From an uncultured Clostridia bacterium (GTDB taxonomy: Bacteria; Bacillota; Clostridia; TANB77; CAG-508): DNA of 55,924 nucleotides. Within the stretch, counting starts at the first letter, position 1, and every line of letters starts with the position of its first letter. The translations under genes and the position numbers were made by a program. The notes beneath the pieces are model-generated. The model had not been told where the DNA came from. It did no database searches and saw nothing but the letters and a program-made list of their open reading frames with translations. The stretch is from positions 1 through 55,924 of the forward strand of contig CANPWV010000006.1 in the NCBI GenBank assembly GCA_947585105.1. Reading direction: 5' to 3'. This document shows, piece by piece, positions 44,555-53,844 of this stretch.

Positions 44555-45382
44555 ATGACAATTTTACAGAGTTTAATATTAGGAATTATACAGGCTCTTA
44601 CGGAATTTTTGCCTGTATCAAGTTCAGCTCATTTAAAAATCTTTCCATGGATTTTTGGTTGGGAAACACCAGACAGCTTTGAAGTTGCTCTTCATTTTGG
44701 AACTTTACTTGCAATAGTAGTTTACTTTTTTAAAGATTGGATTAGATTAATAACAGCTGGATTTACAGTGGCTTTTAAAAAGAAAAATTTAGGAAAACAT
44801 GATAAAGATATAAAACAAGATGGAAAAATGTTTTGGTATTTAGTAATTGCTACTATTCCGGCTGGAATCTTAAGTTTAGTTTTAGACTGGGTAACAGATA
44901 AAATTATAAATGGAAATATTTTATTTGAAATGGGCTTAATTGCTATTGCTTTAGTAGTTTTAGGTATTGTTTTATATATAGTTGATAAAACAGCTGAAGC
45001 TAAATATAAATATGAAGATATAACTTTAAAACAGAGTTTATTAATTGGAATGTCACAAGCTTTAGCTGCTGCGTTTCCTGGAACATCTCGTTCTGGAATG
45101 ACAATGACTGTTGCTAGAAGCTTAAAAATAGAAAGAGAATCAGCTGCAAAATTTTCATTTTTACTTGCAACCCCAATTACATTTGCTGCTGTTTTAGTAG
45201 ATTTAAAAGATTTTGTTTTTAATACACAATTTTTTGTCGGAGTATTATCAAGTTTTATTTTAGGTTTAATTGTAATTAAATTCTTCTTGAGTTATTTAAG
45301 AAAAGGAAGCTTTAAGGGCTTTGCGATTTACAGAGTTTTACTCGGAGTCGTGATTACGATATTAATATTGATGAGAATTTGA
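44555..45382 (+). CDS. uppP: Undecaprenyl-diphosphate phosphatase
   Basis: QALTEFLPVSSSAH, HFGT, PGTSRSG, FSFLL. Confidence 0.95.
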   Translation: MTILQSLILGIIQALTEFLPVSSSAHLKIFPWIFGWETPDSFEVALHFGTLLAIVVYFFKDWIRLITAGFTVAFKKKNLGKHDKDIKQDGKMFWYLVIATIPAGILSLVLDWVTDKIINGNILFEMGLIAIALVVLGIVLYIVDKTAEAKYKYEDITLKQSLLIGMSQALAAAFPGTSRSGMTMTVARSLKIERESAAKFSFLLATPITFAAVLVDLKDFVFNTQFFVGVLSSFILGLIVIKFFLSYLRKGSFKGFAIYRVLLGVVITILILMRI

Positions 45383-45437
45383 TGTTTAAGAGTGTGGTAG
45401 ACGACACATAATACAACAAAAGAAAGGAAAGAAAAAT

Positions 45438-46088
45438 ATGGGAAAACATGACTCAGATGAAAGTATGGGATTTTTCCTAGGTGGAGCAGAAAAAGTTAAA
45501 GATGGATCATTATGGTTATTAAAGAATCTTAAAATTTTATTAATGATTGCTTTAATACCAGCAATTGGTTTTGGTTCTTATTATTTAACAAAATTCATTA
45601 TGAATAAAAAGCCAAACACTGAACCTACTTATGCTGTTGTACCGGGGACTACTAAAGACAGAGAAGAAGAGAAAGAATACATAGGTGGCTACGAATTATT
45701 AGGTGAAATAAAAGCTAGCAAAGTCGGTGTTGATGTTAAAGTTTTAAATCCAACTTTAGATGGTGTTGAATATGTTGAAGATAGTTTAAAGTATGGAGCA
45801 ATATTTTACTTTGGAGAAGGAATAAATGAAATCGGAAATACAGTTATTCTAGGTCATAATAGTTTTTCAAGCTTCTATGGACTTAAAGATTTAGAAATTA
45901 ATGACCAATTTTCTGTTTTAGATAGTAAAGGTAACACCACAACTTATACTGTTATTGAAAAAACAACTTGCGAACCAGATGATTTTTCTAAATTTCTTCC
46001 AATGGAGGAAAAATCTACAGAAATTACTTTGATAACTTGCGAAACAGAGGGAACACAAAGACTTGTAATTAAGGCAATATCAAAATAG
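45438..46088 (+). CDS. Sortase
   Basis: TM helix; catalytic triad in GHN, TLITC and QRL. Confidence 0.9.
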   Translation: MGKHDSDESMGFFLGGAEKVKDGSLWLLKNLKILLMIALIPAIGFGSYYLTKFIMNKKPNTEPTYAVVPGTTKDREEEKEYIGGYELLGEIKASKVGVDVKVLNPTLDGVEYVEDSLKYGAIFYFGEGINEIGNTVILGHNSFSSFYGLKDLEINDQFSVLDSKGNTTTYTVIEKTTCEPDDFSKFLPMEEKSTEITLITCETEGTQRLVIKAISK

Positions 46089-46123
46089 AAGTCTAAAAAT
46101 AAAAAACAAAGGAAGTTTAATTT

Positions 46124-47057
46124 ATGAAAACAAAAGTTGTAAAAATATTAAAAATAATATTATTGTTGTTTATAATCAGTTTAGTTTATTCGTGTAAAGT
46201 TCAGGCGAGCGAAGCTAGTATATCTGCTACAAGTTGTAAAGTTGGAGAAAGTTTTACAGTTACAATAAATATTCCTCATGATGTAGTTGGATATGATGTA
46301 GGAAGTGTTACAGCTACATTTTCAGATGGAAGTCAACAAACAGAACGGTAGACAAGGAAATGTTAATATAAATGATTTTAGTTGGCCTGGAAATGTAGTA
46401 TATACATTTAAAAATGTTCAGGTAGCCGGAAATGTTACAATATCTGCTAGTAATGTATTATTATTTGATTCAAATTCAAGTATAATAAATCAGAATCATA
46501 ATTTAGATGGTTCAACAGTAATCGAAGGAGCTCCTGTTACAAATCCTGAGCCAAGTAATCCAACTACTCCTACAACTCCAGATACACCAAGTACTCCTAC
46601 GAATCCTTCAGAACCAACAACTTTAGAATTTTCTGATACAAATGAAAAAATGTATGTAAGTAAAGCGGTTAATTTCCGTCAAAACTATACAACAAATAGT
46701 GGAAGAATAAAAACATTAGAGGCTGGAACAGAAGTTACAAGATTAGGTGTAAGTAAAGGAACTAATGAGGGTTATTCATGGAGTAAAATTAGTTATAATG
46801 GAGTTACAGGTTATGTAGCTACAGAATTTTTAACTTATGATAAACCTGAAGAAACTCCTCCAGAAGAACCTGAAACTCCAGAAACTCCAGAAACTCCTGA
46901 AGAAGTAGATCCAAATCAAGAAAAAATTTCTAAAATTTCAGAAGAACTTGGAGCAATTCCAGAAGTTGGTTTAAATATTGCTACATTTATATTTTTTGGA
47001 AGCTCTATAGTTTGTGTAATTATGATGGTTGAAGTAAAAAGAAAAATTGCAAAATAG
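46124..47057 (+). CDS. Secreted SH3-domain protein with Pro/Thr/Glu linkers and a wall-sorting-like C-terminus; CGG +1 shift at 46346
   Basis: Signal peptide in ORF 46124; GAA-[C]GGT joins ORF 46305; SH3 (WSKISYNGVTGYV); IPEVG, TM helix, KRKIAK. Confidence 0.75.
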
Positions 47058-47065
47058 AGGAAAAT

Positions 47066-47926
47066 ATGGACGAAAATAAAATATTAGATGGAAAATTAGT
47101 TTCAAATAAAATTAAAGAAGATTTAAAAATTGAAGTAGAAGATTTGAAAAAAAGAGGAATAACTCCTAAACTTGCGGTTGTGATGGTTGGAGATAATCAA
47201 GCTTCAAAAGTTTATGTGAAAAATAAATCAAAAGCTTGTAATCAAGTTGGAGTTGAATTTGAAGAATTTTTACTAGGCGAAAACACATCTGAAAAAGAAT
47301 TATTTGAATTAATTGATAAATTAAATAATGACAAAACTGTAAATGGAATTTTAGTTCAAAGTCCAGTTCCAAAGCAAATAGATCAAAATAAAGCTTTTGA
47401 AAGAATTAATCCTGAAAAAGATGTTGATGGTTTTAATCCAATTAATGTTGGAAATCTATGTATTGGAAATGACGGATTTATTTCATGTACACCTTTTGGT
47501 GTTATGAAAATTTTTGAATATTATAATATAGAACTAGAAGGAAAAGATGTGGTTGTTTTAGGAAGAAGTAATATTGTTGGAAAGCCTATGTTCCAATGTT
47601 TACTTTCTAAAAATGCAACAGTTACAGTTTGCCATTCAAGAACAAAAAATATAAAAGAAATTACTAGGAATGCGGATATTTTAATTTCTGCAATAGGAAA
47701 ATCAAAATTTGTTACAGAAGATTTTCTAAAAGATGGGGCAATTGTTATAGATGTTGGAATAAATAGACAAGAGGGGTCAAATAAAATCACTCGGTGATGT
47801 TGATTTTGAAGGAGTTTTATCAAAGGTTTCAAGGATTACTCCTGTTCCTCGGTGGCGTTCGGGCCAATGACAATTGCAATGTTAATGTATAATCTTGTAA
47901 AAGCTACAAAAAATCAAAATAAATAA
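47066..47926 (+). CDS. folD: Methylenetetrahydrofolate dehydrogenase/cyclohydrolase; CGG +1 shifts at 47792, 47850 and 47860
   Basis: KDVDG, GRSNIVGKP, DVGINR. The shifts give GDVDF...ITPVPGGVGPMTIAMLMYN. Confidence 0.95.
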
Positions 47927-48029
47927 CACGGCAAAATCAAATTAAAATGAAAAACGAGAGCATATTATGCTTTCGTTTTTTATTATATAAAGAAGTTTTA
48001 AAAATTTCTTAAATTATAAGGAGGAAAAT

Positions 48030-48880
48030 ATGATAGAACATGTATGGCTTTCAAAAATTGATATAACAAATGAAGAAAAATTTGAATTAATTAAAAAGTT
48101 TGATGGGATTAAAAATCTTTATAATTCTAGTTTAGATGATTTAATTTATTTTGGCGTGAAAGAGAACACTATTAGGAAAATTTTAAATAGAAAAATAAAA
48201 GATGAAGCTTTATATGATTTTGAATATATGAAAAAATTTGGAATAGATATTATTGGATTTGAGAATGAAAAAATATATCCCAAAAAATTTAATAATTTAA
48301 AAGATAAACCTGTTTCATTTTATATAAGAGGAAATAAAGAAATCTTAGATAATGAAAGTGTTGCAATAGTTGGGTCTAGAGTTGCTTTAAATGAAAGTTT
48401 AGAGATTTCAAGATTAGTAGCAAATGGATTTGCAACAATGGGAATAAACGTTATAAGTGGCTTGGCAAAAGGAATTGATAAATATTCTCATTTAGGAGCT
48501 TTAGATTCTAATCGGAAATGGAAAAACAATAGGAGTTCTAGCCTGTGGACTAGATAAAAAATCCTTTTATCCATCTGAAAATATAAAAGTATTTGAAAGA
48601 ATTATAAATGAAGGAGGAAGTGTTATTTCAGAATATTCAATTGGTGTAAGACCAAAACCATATTATTTTCCTTTTAGAAATAGGCTAATTAGTGGACTTG
48701 CTGATAAAATTTTTGTAGTACAAGCTTCAACTTTAAAAAGTCGGAAGCATGATTACTGTTGATTATGGCTTAGAACAAGGAAAAGATATATATGTTTATA
48801 AAAGTAAAAATATTGAAAATCCTTATTTTGCTGGAAATAGATTACTTATAGAAGAAGGTGCAAAAATTTTTAAAATATAG
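48030..48880 (+). CDS. dprA: DNA-processing protein DprA; CGG +1 shifts at 48513 and 48742
   Basis: AIVGSR, SGLAKGID..H.GAL, then KTIGVLACGLD, FPFRNRLISG, KSGSMIT..LEQGKD. Confidence 0.92.
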
Positions 48881-48949
48881 TAGAAATTTTAAGATTTAAC
48901 TGATATAATAGTAAAGAATTTAATTTAAATTATTATAAAGGAGAAAAAA

Positions 48950-51292
48950 GTGGGAGCAAAAGAGTTAAAAAGCGATTTAAGTTCAAAACTAAAATATTTA
49001 GATTTAGATCTTAAAGATATTCCAGAATATTTATATGATTTTCATCCATTAGAGTTTAATACTTCAAGACTTACAAGTGATAAGGATCACAAAGTTTTTA
49101 GATTTGTTCCAATTGATAAAATTGAAATTTTACTAACACCATGTTTGCGTTCAGATTCTGTTAGAGATAAATATAGTAAAAGCTTGCCACTTGGAAAATA
49201 TTTAGATGGAGATGAGTCAGAAGAAGGCTTAGAACTTTATACGACTTTTTTGAAAATGCTTAATAATTTTTCGATTTCAGATGTTGAAAATGTAGATGAA
49301 ATTCAAAAAGAAATAAAAGATAAAATTCCATTTAAAGTTAAATATGATAGAGAACATTTATGGAGTATTTATTATAGTGAAGCTGTAGATAGATATTTTA
49401 TGATGGTTTGTACTAAAGAATCAACTTTTGCTGAATTTTTCTATCTTTTGAAAAAGAAAATCGAATTTGAAAATCAAAATAAAAAAGGAAAAGCTCCAAG
49501 TATATATGTTCCAATAAATTATGTGAATTATTCTGAAAATTTGCTAAACAGAGACGAAATCGTAGATTTAGAAAATTATCTTTGGTTATTTTCAAAAAAT
49601 TGGCCTGTTGTATATGAAGTTTATGATAAAAATAATGAACTAAGTCTTCAAATAGTTGGTGATACTTACGTATATGAAGATATTAAATCAACATATAAAA
49701 TAGTTTTGGAAAATCAAGAAGATTCAATAAAATTTTATAAATTGATAAAAGCCTTGTTTATAATGCAAACAGAAATTAAGAACAATTTTAAATTTGATAC
49801 AAAAGTTAATAGCAAAAACGAGCTTGAGCTATATTATAATGATCAAAAAATAACTTATGATGGCTTGACAGATTTTATAAAAACTCAATATGAATTTGCT
49901 AGAACTGATATTGAAAGTAAAAATAAAGAAATTAAAACTTTAAGAAAAAAGCTTGAAAAATTCAATAAAAATGCTCATGATATGGAGACTGAATACATAA
50001 AAAAACAAAGAGAAATAGGAGCGTTTTTAGAATGTAAAAAGACATTTATGGGAAAGATGAAATATTTCTTTAAATCAAGTAAAATATCAAAGAAAATTAC
50101 AAAAGAAGTTGAAAAAGAAAGATTTGTTGTAGATAATATAGAATCAGAAAAAAATGAAAATTCTGATTTAAAGCCAATAGATACTTATATGACTGATAAA
50201 AATTTTTATACTATTGAAGATTTAGTTGTAATCTTTGGAGTTCTAGAAAAATCTAATAAAGAAGAACAAAATTTAAATCAAGATATAAAAGCAATGGAAT
50301 TAAAAGTTGAAAATTTGAGAAGGAAACTTAAAAATAGCGAGACTTATATTGCTGAAATTGATAAACATAGAAAATCAATTTTTGACTTTTGGAAATTTAC
50401 AAGTAAAGATGAAATTTTGTCATTAGATAGTGGAAATCCTGATGAAAAAGAAGCTGAAAATAATATAGAAAAAGTTTTTGATTTTGAAAGTGATTTTGAA
50501 ACTCTTGGAATTGATATGGATAAACTTCAAAGAAGAAAATTTTCAAAAGAAGAAACAGACAGTATTTTTGTTGCAAATAGTAAAGTGATTGATGCGTTAA
50601 ATGATTTGAAAAAAGGAAATATGAATGAAAAGGTTATTAAAGAAATATTTAAAAGCCTAAAAGAAGAATTTAATCAAAATCGTTTAACTATAAATGATGA
50701 AAGTTTTGATATTTTTGGAAATATAACAGATGATGCCAGAAAAGCTAAATATATAGGACCTAAAAGTCATAGAGAAAACGAAAAAAGTAAATATAAAATT
50801 TTAAATATTAATAAAAATATTGATGAATTTGATTTTACTGAAAGACTTGGAACTATATTAAATTATATAGAAGGAGCGCTTCCGAAAGTTAAATCAACTT
50901 ATAATTTACCTTTATATAAATTAGTTCAAATTCCAAATGTATTAGATGAAAAAGCTTTGGCTGTAATGGATTTGAACGCTAATCACGAGCTTGAAACTTT
51001 TGAAAATAAAGGTGAGTGTGCTTTAAATTTGATTAAGATAAATTTAAAAGAAAATATGCCTTTAATATATTATACAAATATTATGTTTTATGATAATACA
51101 AATAAAACACTTCCAGAAGGAATGAATCTTTCGACTAAAGTTCTTATAGATTGCTCAAAATTTAAATTTAAACTTGTCAAAAAATTAAAGTTTAGAACAA
51201 ATAATTATTTTAAAGATGGTGACAATTTAATATTGCCAAAATCAAAAGATATATTTGTTTATGAATATGATATTGTAGAAACAAAAAAATAA
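48950..51292 (+). CDS. Large coiled-coil hypothetical protein
   Basis: 780-aa ORF with AAGGAG RBS and GTG start; no family recognised. Confidence 0.8.
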   Translation: MGAKELKSDLSSKLKYLDLDLKDIPEYLYDFHPLEFNTSRLTSDKDHKVFRFVPIDKIEILLTPCLRSDSVRDKYSKSLPLGKYLDGDESEEGLELYTTFLKMLNNFSISDVENVDEIQKEIKDKIPFKVKYDREHLWSIYYSEAVDRYFMMVCTKESTFAEFFYLLKKKIEFENQNKKGKAPSIYVPINYVNYSENLLNRDEIVDLENYLWLFSKNWPVVYEVYDKNNELSLQIVGDTYVYEDIKSTYKIVLENQEDSIKFYKLIKALFIMQTEIKNNFKFDTKVNSKNELELYYNDQKITYDGLTDFIKTQYEFARTDIESKNKEIKTLRKKLEKFNKNAHDMETEYIKKQREIGAFLECKKTFMGKMKYFFKSSKISKKITKEVEKERFVVDNIESEKNENSDLKPIDTYMTDKNFYTIEDLVVIFGVLEKSNKEEQNLNQDIKAMELKVENLRRKLKNSETYIAEIDKHRKSIFDFWKFTSKDEILSLDSGNPDEKEAENNIEKVFDFESDFETLGIDMDKLQRRKFSKEETDSIFVANSKVIDALNDLKKGNMNEKVIKEIFKSLKEEFNQNRLTINDESFDIFGNITDDARKAKYIGPKSHRENEKSKYKILNINKNIDEFDFTERLGTILNYIEGALPKVKSTYNLPLYKLVQIPNVLDEKALAVMDLNANHELETFENKGECALNLIKINLKENMPLIYYTNIMFYDNTNKTLPEGMNLSTKVLIDCSKFKFKLVKKLKFRTNNYFKDGDNLILPKSKDIFVYEYDIVETKK

Positions 51293-51393
51293 CAATATTA
51301 ACAAATTTCAAAGAATAAGTACTTGACAAAATTTTTAAATCTTATAAAATAGTATTGGAGAAATTTAAAATAAATTATAGTGGAGGAAAAAAT

Positions 51394-51885
51394 ATGGACG
51401 AAAAAAGATGCGAAGGCTGTAATGGTGTAGATGTTGAACTAGAAGAAATGTTAAACAAATACAAACCAGAAAAAAGTAATTTAATTCAAATTTTAAATGA
51501 AGTTCAAGAATATTATGGCTATGTTCCACAAAAAGCTCAACTTGCAATTTCAAAATATCTAGATATTCCAATGGCTGAAATCTATGGAGTAATAACATTT
51601 TACGCTAGATTTACTTTGAAACCAAAGGGAAAATATCATGTTGCTATTTGCTTAGGAACAGCTTGCTTTGTAAAAGGTTCAGAACAAATTATTGAAAGAG
51701 CAAAAGCTAGACTTGGAATTGATGTAGGAGAAACAACAAAAGATGGAAAATATTCATTAGAAGCTACAAGATGTATAGGTGCTTGTGGTTTGGCTCCGGT
51801 TTTTACAGTAAATGGTGAAGTTTATGGAAAAGCTACTGTAAAAATGTTTGATGAAATATTAGACAAAATTGAAGCTGAAGGTTAA
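51394..51885 (+). CDS. NuoE/HydC-like [2Fe-2S] subunit of a bifurcating [FeFe]-hydrogenase
   Basis: CLGTACFVKG and CIGACGLAP. Confidence 0.93.
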   Translation: MDEKRCEGCNGVDVELEEMLNKYKPEKSNLIQILNEVQEYYGYVPQKAQLAISKYLDIPMAEIYGVITFYARFTLKPKGKYHVAICLGTACFVKGSEQIIERAKARLGIDVGETTKDGKYSLEATRCIGACGLAPVFTVNGEVYGKATVKMFDEILDKIEAEG

Positions 51886-51967
51886 AAAATATAGAAAGAA
51901 AGGAGCAAGGGGTTAGTTTAAGCTAATCACTGGCCATACTTTTTAGAAAAGTAAGGTGAGTATAAGT

Positions 51968-53827
51968 ATGAAGACACTTGAAGAGATTAAAAAAATTAGA
52001 GAAGAAAAAAGAAAAGAATTAGATTTAAGAGTAAATACTAAGTCTGATACTCGTGAAAAACATATTTTAGTTTGTCATGGAACTGGTTGTACATCTTCTA
52101 AATCTCCACAAATTATAGAAAATCTAAGAAAAGTTATAGAAGAAAAACATATTGAAAATGTTAGAGTAATTCAAACAGGATGTTTTGGATTATGTGCTAA
52201 AGGTCCAATTGTTATAATTAGACCAGAAGATGTATTTTATGCGCAAGTTAAGCCAGAAGATGCTGAAGAAATTATTGAAAAACATATAGTAAATGGTGAA
52301 ATAGTTGAAAGATTACTATGTAAAGATATTGATAACAAAGTTGTTAAACAATTAGATGAATTAACTTTTTACAAAAAGCAAAAGAGAATTGCTCTTAAAA
52401 ATTGCGGTGTAATTGATCCTGAAAATATTGACGAATATATAGCTTTTGATGGTTATAAAGCTTTAGAAAAAGTTTTATTTAATATGAGCCAAGACGAAGT
52501 TATTAAAACAGTTACAGATTCAGGCTTAAGAGGTCGTGGTGGAGCTGGTTTCTTAACAGGTAAAAAATGGGAATTTACAAAAATAGCCGAAGGAGATCAA
52601 AAATATGTAGTTTGTAACGCTGACGAAGGAGACCCTGGTGCTTTCATGGATAGAAGTATTCTAGAAGGTGATCCTCATTGTGTACTAGAAGCAATGATGA
52701 TAGCTGGGTTTGCTGTAGGTGCTAATAAAGGTTACATATATGTTAGAGCTGAATATCCAATTGCTGTTCAAAGATTTCAAAAGGCTATTGATCAAGCAAA
52801 AGAATATGGAATTTTAGGTGAAAATATTTGGGGAACAAACTTCTCATTTGATTGCGAAGTAAGACTTGGAGCTGGAGCTTTCGTTTGTGGTGAAGAAACA
52901 GCGCTTTTAGAGTCAATTGAAGGTAGACGTGGTCAACCAAGATTAAAACCACCATTCCCAGCAAACGCTGGTCTATTCCAAAAACCAACTTTAATAAATA
53001 ATGTTGAAACTTATGCAAATATTACAAAAATAATATTAAATGGCGCTGAATGGTATTCTTCAATTGGAACAGAAGGTTCAAAAGGAACAAAAGTATTTGC
53101 TCTTGGTGGAAATGTTGTAAATACTGGACTTGTTGAAGTTCCAATGGGAACAACTTTAAGAGAAATTATATTTGATATAGGTGGCGGAATTCCAAACGGA
53201 AGAAAATTTAAAGCTGCTCAAACAGGTGGACCTTCTGGTGGATGTATCACTACAGAGAACTTAGATACACCAATTGATTATGATTCATTAAAAGCAATTG
53301 GTTCAATGATGGGTTCTGGTGGTCTTATTGTTATGGATGATTCAAAATGTATGGTAAATCTTGCTAAATTCTATTTAGGATTTACAGTTGACGAATCTTG
53401 CGGAAAATGTACACCATGTAGAATTGGAACAAAAAGACTTTTAGAGATGTTAGAGAAAATTACAGATGGAAAAGGAGAAGAAGGAGACCTAGAGAAAATA
53501 GAAGATTTATGTAGAAATATTTGTAACGCTTCTGTTTGTGGACTTGGTCAAACAGCTCCAAACCCAGTAATTAGTACATTAAGATACTTCCGAGATGAAT
53601 ATGAAGAACATATAAAAGATAAACATTGTAGAGCTGGTGAATGTAAAGCTTTAATGCAATTACATATTGATCCTGAACTTTGCAAAGGTTGTGGATTATG
53701 TAAGAGAAATTGCCCAGTAAATTGTATTTCTGGTGAAGTTAAACAAGCGCACGTTATTGATACTAGTAAATGTATTAAATGTGGAACTTGTATATCTAAA
53801 TGTCCATTTAAGGCAATAAAGGCGTAG
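51968..53827 (+). CDS. NuoF/HydB-like NADH/FMN-binding subunit
   Basis: GRGGAGF, NADEGDPG, GEETAL, SCGKCTPCR, C-terminal 2x[4Fe-4S]. Confidence 0.95.
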   Translation: MKTLEEIKKIREEKRKELDLRVNTKSDTREKHILVCHGTGCTSSKSPQIIENLRKVIEEKHIENVRVIQTGCFGLCAKGPIVIIRPEDVFYAQVKPEDAEEIIEKHIVNGEIVERLLCKDIDNKVVKQLDELTFYKKQKRIALKNCGVIDPENIDEYIAFDGYKALEKVLFNMSQDEVIKTVTDSGLRGRGGAGFLTGKKWEFTKIAEGDQKYVVCNADEGDPGAFMDRSILEGDPHCVLEAMMIAGFAVGANKGYIYVRAEYPIAVQRFQKAIDQAKEYGILGENIWGTNFSFDCEVRLGAGAFVCGEETALLESIEGRRGQPRLKPPFPANAGLFQKPTLINNVETYANITKIILNGAEWYSSIGTEGSKGTKVFALGGNVVNTGLVEVPMGTTLREIIFDIGGGIPNGRKFKAAQTGGPSGGCITTENLDTPIDYDSLKAIGSMMGSGGLIVMDDSKCMVNLAKFYLGFTVDESCGKCTPCRIGTKRLLEMLEKITDGKGEEGDLEKIEDLCRNICNASVCGLGQTAPNPVISTLRYFRDEYEEHIKDKHCRAGECKALMQLHIDPELCKGCGLCKRNCPVNCISGEVKQAHVIDTSKCIKCGTCISKCPFKAIKA

Positions 53828-53844
53828 AAAGGAGGTAAGATTTT

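Noticed and set aside
46550-46905. Short tandem repeats (GAAACTCCA, ACTCCT) as a CRISPR or contingency locus
   Set aside because: They encode Pro/Thr/Glu linkers in frame. There is no repeat-spacer array or cas gene in the window.
48688-48690. AGG as a second shifty or reassigned codon
   Set aside because: In-frame AGG occurs in continuous ORFs and at a conserved Arg (DprA RNRLISG).
20344-48880. Calling murB, yvcK, guaA, iscS, folD, dprA and others pseudogenes
   Set aside because: Every lesion is the same event (a C before a Gly codon, at a codon boundary). I saw no nonsense mutations, other indels or motif decay.
372-53018. Short antisense or overlapping ORFs in the track (e.g. 3443-3886, 7880-8092, 16247-16522, 31734-32078, 44238-44561)
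   Set aside because: They are shadows of real genes or RNAs, with no RBS or recognisable motifs.
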